Below, piece after piece: positions 57,101-64,000 of a stretch of DNA of 64,000 bases. The notes beneath the pieces are model-generated. The model saw only the letters and a list, made by a program, of their open reading frames with translations, was not told the origin of the DNA and did no database searches. The stretch is from Chrysomallon squamiferum (lineage: Eukaryota; Animalia; Mollusca): positions 30,504,001 through 30,568,000 of the forward strand of contig CM022665.1 of assembly GCA_012295275.1 (NCBI GenBank). The letters run 5' to 3'. Each line of letters begins with the position of its first letter. The stretch's first letter is position 1. A program made the position numbers and the translations under genes.

Positions 57101-58067
57101 GTTTCCTAAAGCATTTTTATAAATATAATGAATATCTTGCTATTTTTTTTTATATTCTGGTAAAATTGTTTCATTTCTTGTTGCTTTTTTTTGTAAATTA
57201 ATCATGAGTAGATGTTAACCAAGTTCACTAGAAAATCTGAATAAGATACATAGTTACATACATCAACATAGTTATTGAAGATGGCTGGATCAGATGTGAT
57301 CTTTATTTGACATGTAGTTTAGCAGTGACAAAAACGTGTTACATTTTACACAAAAACTGATGTTGATGATTAGAAAACTCACAGACATGTGCTGTCAGGA
57401 CTCTGGACAATTAATCTTCGTCTGTCGTTCTTCACCAACCACACGACTGTGCCTCTCTTCACCAGACCTCCAACTATCCGTGAGTCTGAAACAGCAACTT
57501 GAGACACTTGAGGTGGTGTTGTGTCTACAACAATCCCATCTGAACACACTGGACTGGAAGCAGCAAGAGCTCGGTTGTACGCAACAACTGTTACATAAAA
57601 CTTCCCATCAGTCTCTGCCTCCCAGACAGCTTGTGTGAAGTATGTCTGTGTGGCCTGAACACACACAAGTCAGTTTTAGATTTGAATTAGAATTATCAAC
57701 AGTTACCAATCATAATGACCACAAGCAAAATGCAGCAACTCCATTTTAAAAGGTATGGCTATGACATTAAATGCATTTTAACTTTTGTTGTATCAGATAA
57801 TAATACTTTTATAAATAAACAAAAGAGTAACTGAAAAGTAAATTGCTCAAAACAAAATAAAAACCTGTCTGTTCTGAGGTACTTAATAAATAAGACAACC
57901 AACATTTCCTTTCCTAAAAGTCTTTTAATAAATATTTAATCATTTTATTTTTTAAATTAAGATCTTTTTAGTTTCAACATATGAAACTGCTGAATGGAAT
58001 ATATTAATGTTCTGACATTTCTAAATTATTAAGACAATGCAAATTAAAAACCATAAAATACAGTCAA

Positions 58068-58099
<32 letters not shown>

Positions 58100-58896
58100 A
58101 GTAGTAGTGGTAGTAGTAATAATAATAACAATAAATTAAAAAAAAAACTTTAATACAAATCTATAAGCACATCATATATAAAGAATAAAATTTCAAATTC
58201 ACCTTAGTTTTCTCTGGATGAATGGAAAACGCAGAAATGTCCTGACAGCTTGCAGAAAATAAAAACTGATAGAAGAGAACTCCACTCTCTTTGTCAAAAA
58301 AGCCCTCCCAGTGTGCTGATAGTTTTTTTGACACTTGATAATCTCGTTCTGGCTCTCCAACAAAACCATCATGTACAGCTCCTGCTACTGGTGCACTACT
58401 GTCAACCGTGATCTGTTCACAGGATAAACAACATTAATATTCTTCTTCTTCTTATTATTATTTTATTATTTTGGTTTATCAACATAAAGTGCCGAAAATA
58501 GACTGGTTCACATTATATGTTTTTATAAACAAACAAACAAATAAATAAATACGGAATTCAGTCTTAAAATAGCAAATCGTTTTTGCCATGTATTTGTAAA
58601 AACTAACAAAACGAATGTTAATAGACAGTTGTTAGAACAGTCATTGTCATAATATACCTGATAAGTTAATTTTGTAGTTAGATTTGCGTGATTGGTGACT
58701 GTCACTTCAAGAAAGTAATCAGAGTCGTGAACTCCTGAAAGTTTGTTCTCAAATATTCCTCCATGTTGTTTTGCTGACGCCACTACATTCGGTTTCACCT
58801 GAAAGTGACGGTGGTAACAACCAGCGTACGGAGTACAGTAGCAGTTAGCTCCCCTAACGTAACTTCCATACTTTTCTTTGCAATCTTGGATTGTCT

Positions 58897-58948
<52 letters not shown>

Positions 58949-59896
58949 ATACATACATACATGCATACATACATACTTATTATATTTACAAATAATCAGT
59001 AAACATTTATCTCAAATTTGAAAAAATATTAAATGAATGTGTTTTACTTTACATTTTACTCTTTAATAATTATTTAGACACTTATCAGTAAAAAAGTGTG
59101 ATACATGGATGATTTGTTTAAATAATAACATTATTCAAATTTATTACTTTTTGTCCATTCTGTACTGGGATGTGTTCTATTCCATGAACGATATCGTTTC
59201 CTGTGTAGTTGTCAAACAAACGCCATGATACTGTTTGCAAACCGCTGTGGTCGTCAAAGGCTACCCACTCTATTCTGAATGTTATAAATACAGAATCTGA
59301 TTTTAAAATGCTTTTGTAGTATCACACACACTCACACACACACACACGTTTTATAATAGTACATTAAATCACTGATTGAGTGAAACTCGCGTAACGTCTT
59401 ATAACATGAAATTACTAATGCAGTAAAAACTCAACGTTTTATAACAGTACATTAAATAACTAACTCACGAAAACTCAATGTTTTATAATAGTACATTAAA
59501 CCATTAACTGAAATAAAGTTTTATCACAGTAAATGAAATGACCAGTTCAGTAAAACTCACGTGACTGTGTTGAACTCGTGCTCGTCGTGTACACTAACAT
59601 TGAGCTGGTCTCCTTTAGTGAGCCACAGATTTTCTATGACCGGGGGAGAAGTGTCGATGTGCACGGTGACGTTCTCCTCAAAATATTCATCTCGCACGTC
59701 GTAGGCTCGCACCCAGAACATCAGGCTGTCGCCGTCTTCAAGCCGTGGAGTTACAGTCTGAATCTCAGAGAGAACAACGTCGGTGAAGTCGCTGTCCACG
59801 GGAACCGAAATGAATGTCGCACCACCCGAATGATCCGTCTTGTACGACGTCGTGAATTTTACAATGGCTTTAAAATAGAACAATATATAATTGTAT

Positions 59897-59975
<79 letters not shown>

Positions 59976-61599
59976 TATTTAAGATATAAGTATGAATCAA
60001 CAATCAAAGAAGCAGCTAAACACTACTGCATAATTCAAAGAGGAAAATAAGCAGTTATTATTTATTATTAAACACATCGGAGTTAACAATTAATTGTAAA
60101 TTACTCACCTTTACTTGAAAATAATTTTGTTTATTGAATGTAAAACTAAATTTTTACCTTGTTTATTATTAATTCCAGTTAAATTTCTCAGGCCGTATTT
60201 ATCATCGTATTCAGGTTTTGTGCCACCAGCTATGATACGGTCAAGCATGTAGTTGCTGTCGTGGTATTCGTTGATATATCGCTGAACCCAGTCGACCGTG
60301 ACGAAGTCTGACGTGATTTGCCAGACGTAGTCTGTGACGGGTGATGCCGATGACACAAGAAGTCGGGTGTTTGTTTTAGTTGAGATTTCTGAAGAGTCGT
60401 CAAACAAAACAATTCTTCTTGCAGTCTCGTAATTGTTAGCTTTGTCAAATGCTGTCAGCACAACAGCAAACACTCCAGATTTGGTAGGTGTGTAAGAGAC
60501 GAATTTCTGAAAATACATTATAACTGATTTTTAAAGTCAAATGTTCGTATTCAAATAAAATAATTTTTTTTTAAATTCATCATCATCATCATATTCTCTA
60601 ATGGAACATAAATTTCAACATTTCTAAAATAAAATTGAGCTTTATCGACTACTAAAGTAAATAAATCATTGCACAGTCAACTTGTCGTATCTATCAGTCT
60701 GTCAGCTTTATTTTCTATTTTTCATTGGAATATTATGTTTAAAAAGTAACTGTTTTCCTGTAGACTGATAACAGAACACTACTGTATTCATATAGTATAA
60801 AATGAACAAAATACTGAGCAGTTTGACGTAATAGACAGTCAGAGGTTTTTTCAACCAATGTTTTTTTTCCACTAATCTGAAATTCTGGATTATCATCGGC
60901 AGTTACCTCTGTTGTCTTGGTATCCGCAACTCTTTTATTTTCTCTTTGACCTTGACCGTGTATGTGAATAACGTCAAACACCTCCAGAACGTAATGACTT
61001 ATTCCAGAATCGTCATCTACCCAGTGGTCCCAGTTAATCTTTAAAGGAGGCTGGAAATAATAATTTAAAAATTAATAATATTAAACATAACAAAATATAA
61101 ATTTATTATAAATAAAGAAAACTGAATGATATTTTTATTTAAGACTACCGACCTGAGTATTATAAAGTTTTGTTTTGTGATTAAAAAGTGACATGTGATT
61201 TTTTGTTTAATAATGAATATAAGTTAGGAAACTGACTGGCGCTTCTCTTGGCTACTCTTATACTAGCTACAAAGGATGTTCTATATATACCTTGTTATAG
61301 ACAGAAAAACACACACACACACATATGCTTTTGATAAACCAGCCATGAATACGATTTGGACAAGTAACCTAATAACGCTCTATGAAGGACTACTGTTCCT
61401 GTGATCTATCATAGCCGAGGCAGGTGTTTTAATCACTGAGCTACAGCTTATTTATATATCCGCTGTTAATATACTAATATACACTTTGATAAAGAACAAT
61501 GTTATTTTGATTGGATGTCTTTAAAAGATTTAATCGATCTTTGAAAAATAAAAAAATAAAAAAATAAAAAACACTTCCACAACAACATAATATTTATAA

Positions 61600-61630
<31 letters not shown>

Positions 61631-63519
61631 GAATTATATAATAAAAACTAATATTATCATTTTGAAGTGAAACACATAAAGTATGTGACGGTTATTTACC
61701 GTTGTAATAATATCACCGACTGATAAAATATCCTGTGGACATGTACTTGGTGGAAGACAAGCGTAACGTGGTTTCTTAAAATCTATGGTAACTGAATTTT
61801 CACTTGAGACTGTTTTGCCTTGAAGATAGAAATTCTTTTCAGTTCCACTAATAAAATTCTTTACTTTAACATAACCTCCATTTCCAGTTTCTGCAGAGAA
61901 TATAATCCTAGGGGAAAAAAACACAAAAAACAACATATATATATATATATACTAGTACGGAAACAATTTCTATCATTATCTTGATTTTCTTAATTTGATT
62001 ATAGAACTGAGCTGTCAAAACGTTTTGTAAAAATGGAGAAAAAAACCAAACAAACAACACACACACACACATATATATATATATTAAAACAACAATAACT
62101 GGCTAAAAACATATAAGAATATGTGGCACTATAATACGCGGAGAGTGAGACTGACAGAAACAGGCAGACAGAGATAGAGGGATAGAAAGAAAAAAATAAC
62201 AACAGAAACCCCAACAACAGCAATAATGTACAACGAACGAAAATGCTGGAAACATCAAGAGATTCTTTAAAAATAGTTACGAGAGGATAAAGACTCCTTT
62301 CGATTATTTAAAGTTATTTGTCTGAAGGTGACAAAGATTTAATTTAAATGGACCAGAGGATGCAATTTCACTAGAATATATCCGCTTCTCAAATAAGTAG
62401 TTTAGTGTCTAAGTATATCATAGGAATTATAGGAATTAGTGTTAAATTGGGGAAAAACTATGAGAGTGACTCAGAAGCAGTATATATCTATGAGTGTGTC
62501 AGCAGCTATACTTACCTTTATTTTGTCAATAACTTGACGTAACAATGTTTTTAAGTCAAGCAATGGATAAAAAGAATAGTCGCCTTACGTTTTCTTGAAT
62601 CATTATAATACTTTGTTTTTAGAAAAGATTAATCGCCACAGTAATTATACAAATTAATTACTTGGAAATATATTTAAAAAAAAATAATAAAGGTTTGATT
62701 ACTAATAATTGCTGTTACTTTTTGAAGGATCTTACTTATACTTGATCAAAAAATCACAGATGGAAAAAACACAGAAATTAAATAAAAATGTTAATCTTAC
62801 TGATCGCCATGTTGAAACGGGAGATATGCAGATCCTGAAGCAGAACTTGCGATGACGGTTCCTGTGCATTCAAATCTATTCTGTGCTGGGCTGTTTTTGT
62901 CGATACCAGTACACGCATTTGATTGGAATAATCTCACAACCCCTCCTGAAGAAAAAAATAACAACCCCAAAACCACATTAAAAACACAATAAGTAAAGTA
63001 TTCAAAAGTCAAAGGCTAAAAGACACGACGTTAACTTTTGTGAAAGGAGATTAGGAAAGGCTATAACTACACACCAATAAGTTTTAATATATAAATTTAT
63101 TTAAGTAATTTACTGACTTGGTCTATCTGTCTATTTGTCTGATTGTCTGTCTTATGTATAAAGAACTATGAACGTATTGAAGTACGTGTACATTATGTAT
63201 GTGTGTGTGTGCGCGCTTGCGTTTTGTAAGTGAAACCTTCTTAAAAACAAACAAGAACATTCTTATTATGATTATATAGTAATACCTCTTTTCAAGTTGA
63301 TTGTCACACTGCTGCTTATAACTCCAATCTTTGAGCCAGTGAGGTAAGATAGCTTTGTGCCTCCACCTTTTTGAAAATCAGATGAAAATTTGTACGACAT
63401 TGTCAGTGGATTTTTAATGTTAGACCACGACGTGGGCTCTGTCGACTGGAATAACGGCGTCTCCGTGACATCATTTGCGTCTGCTATTTTGAATAGTTCA
63501 TCGTACAAATTGGGTTTAT
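33147..63519 (-). CDS. Giant uncharacterised multi-domain FN3/Ig-like repeat protein, about 47 exons and 3,100 aa in the window; N-terminus lies beyond the right edge
   Basis: A continuous in-phase exon chain runs from 63519-63286 through, for example, 60506-60158, 59868-59561, 58412-58203, 56384-56163, 52741-52600, 49530-49317, 46029-45771, 42393-42253, 38518-38371 and 36905-36171, to 33444-33147 (stop). The recurrent module is DxTPPxxGxVxDG...DxDxQ...xxWxGFxDxESGIxxYxxxxGTxPGxxDV...LxxGxxYYxTVxAxNxAGL...SDGxxVD. Cys-rich inserts occur (CYCTPYAGC; CKVFSCVGHCVC). No C-terminal transmembrane helix is visible. Confidence 0.9.
33494..33670. mobile_element. Tc1/pogo-type MITE remnant in the last intron of the giant gene
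   Basis: Degenerate terminal inverted repeats acagtcaaactgtg ... gcaggtttcaggta, with internal gtggtc-like subrepeats. Confidence 0.35.
36300..36790 (-). other. Galactose-binding-like / CBM4_9-type domain inserted in the giant protein
   Basis: NLFNNPSFE...VPASW...AHHGKSHV...IWQTVSTVQDKLYKLTV...WHKFTYTFTA...ISF...LAVDSVSL matches the NLxxNxxFE ... WxxxxxxFxA ... DxVxL jelly-roll signature. Confidence 0.7.
38110..38395. repeat. 74-bp tandem repeat (4 copies) duplicating a splice donor
   Basis: ca(t/c)ttacc recurs at about 38142, 38216, 38290 and 38364, each copy carrying about 24 nt of the exon 3' end. Confidence 0.9.
39326..39627. repeat. 44-bp tandem repeat (about 7 copies) abutting a splice donor
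   Basis: Unit gttatcaacgtcactaaataatgaagaaaactaaacttcagtct; the last copy ends in the real donor. Confidence 0.9.
41380..42315. repeat. Tandem array: 4 copies of about 120 bp containing 60 nt of exon plus donor, merging into a degenerate ttatatacaggttacat minisatellite
   Basis: gtaccttatt(a/g)acagcccagactgcaaggaaaagtgaggatcttgtactgatgtttttagtgagg occurs at about 41884, 42001, 42132 and 42249 (the real exon end). Confidence 0.92.
44465..45030. repeat. 100-bp tandem repeat (about 5.5 near-identical copies) next to an acceptor
   Basis: cctgtacattagtaata recurs at 44481, 44581, 44681, 44781, 44881 and 44982. Confidence 0.95.
47755..48295. repeat. Minisatellite of about 22-28 bp abutting an acceptor
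   Basis: Unit approximately aacataacaacttgttatatacattg, starting within about 10 bp of the AG at 47749-47750. Confidence 0.9.
49521..50160. repeat. 30/28-bp minisatellite made of 21 tandem splice acceptors
   Basis: Minus-strand unit tattgttattttacag|ATAAAGAGTgtgtg; the AG-bearing ctg(t/c)aaaata recurs from 49531 to 50121. Confidence 0.95.
52690..53165. repeat. Diverged tandem duplications of an acceptor plus exon 5' end
   Basis: gtgtcactaag|GTTGATGAAGAGAAATGTGTTGATGATATTTC recurs about 5 times upstream of the functional exon 52741-52600. Confidence 0.85.
53636..53775. repeat. Tandem repeat of about 21 bp containing an acceptor
   Basis: Unit approximately cattgctgtaatatagtcataa, which reads tacag|CAAT on the minus strand; about 6 copies. 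Confidence 0.8.
58898..58975. repeat. (TAA)n-(CATA)n microsatellite directly abutting an acceptor
   Basis: The minus strand reads (tta)n-cag|ACAATC. Confidence 0.9.
59900..59970. repeat. (GA)n microsatellite
   Basis: Perfect dinucleotide run. Confidence 0.95.
61220..61446 (-). mobile_element. tRNA-derived SINE with a Nin-like central domain (degraded)
   Basis: The minus strand has an A-box head tgtagctcagtgattaaaacacctgcc, then ctggtttatcaaaagcatatgtgtg...ctgtctat...tatatagaacatcctttgtagct...aagagtagcca...gtttcct. This is collinear with the molluscan Nin-SINE core as I recall it (ctggtatatcaaaggc...gcatataaaagatcccttgctgct...aagagtagccc...gtttcct). Confidence 0.6.
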
Positions 63520-63903
63520 CTAAAACTGAAGTTTTAAAGGAAAAAAAATGTAAATAAAAAGAAGAAGAGCATCATAAATATTATCTGCAAGTTAACATCT
63601 ACAATAACAACAACAATAATAATAACAACTACAGCAACAGCAACAACAGCAACAACAATATAATTAATAATATTAATAATTTCGAGATAATGACGCGCCC
63701 TTGTTAGCAACATATTAATATAAAACGTAAATTTTTACTAAATATTGTAATGAACAGCATACAGAGAGTTAAAGAAAAGGTACCAGATACTTAGAAAAAA
63801 AAAACAATTTGCGATTTGGAGTTTTTAAATTATTATTATAATTATCATTATTATTTTATATTTAGTCACTTATGAAAATAAATTGTTCTAAAAATATAAA
63901 ACA

Positions 63904-63942
<39 letters not shown>

Positions 63943-64000
63943 CTAAGGAATAAAATAAATTCAGTCGCCAAAAAATAAAAAATAAAATTTACAGAGTTTA

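Noticed and set aside
59578-59901. Plus-strand ORFs antisense to giant-gene exons (also 33241, 36429, 51301, 56802, 57336)
   Set aside because: They are shadow ORFs of higher-GC coding exons on the opposite strand.
33147-63519. Bacterial contamination or recent horizontal transfer, suggested by bacterial-adhesin-like modules
   Set aside because: About 46 spliceosomal introns with host-type repeats show long residence in an animal genome. Ancient transfer cannot be tested from this window.

Overview
This is AT-rich, intron-rich animal genomic DNA, not prokaryotic. A Nin-domain-like tRNA SINE and mosaic CpG depletion suggest a mollusc, possibly a gastropod (inference). I assembled four spliced genes by hand from GT/AG sites and reading phase. 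(1) The 5' part of TANGO1/MIA3 (minus strand, signal peptide plus MIA-type SH3 domain), which runs off the left edge. (2) A complete 10-exon HAAO (plus strand, 291 aa), divergent from TANGO1. (3) A small uncharacterised coiled-coil gene (minus strand). (4) About 47 exons, roughly 3,100 codons, of a giant uncharacterised FN3/Ig-like repeat protein (minus strand) whose start lies beyond the right edge. The most unusual signal is in gene 4: many introns carry tandem arrays anchored on a splice site that duplicate the donor or acceptor along with part of the exon, including 21 tandem copies of one acceptor. The window also holds a probable GC-AG intron, a sharp CpG boundary inside gene 4, repeat pairs that record CpG decay, several MITEs and SINE remnants, and a 30-bp satellite. 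Most other ORFs in the supplied track are microsatellite or antisense artefacts. Coordinates were counted by hand and may be off by a few bases.
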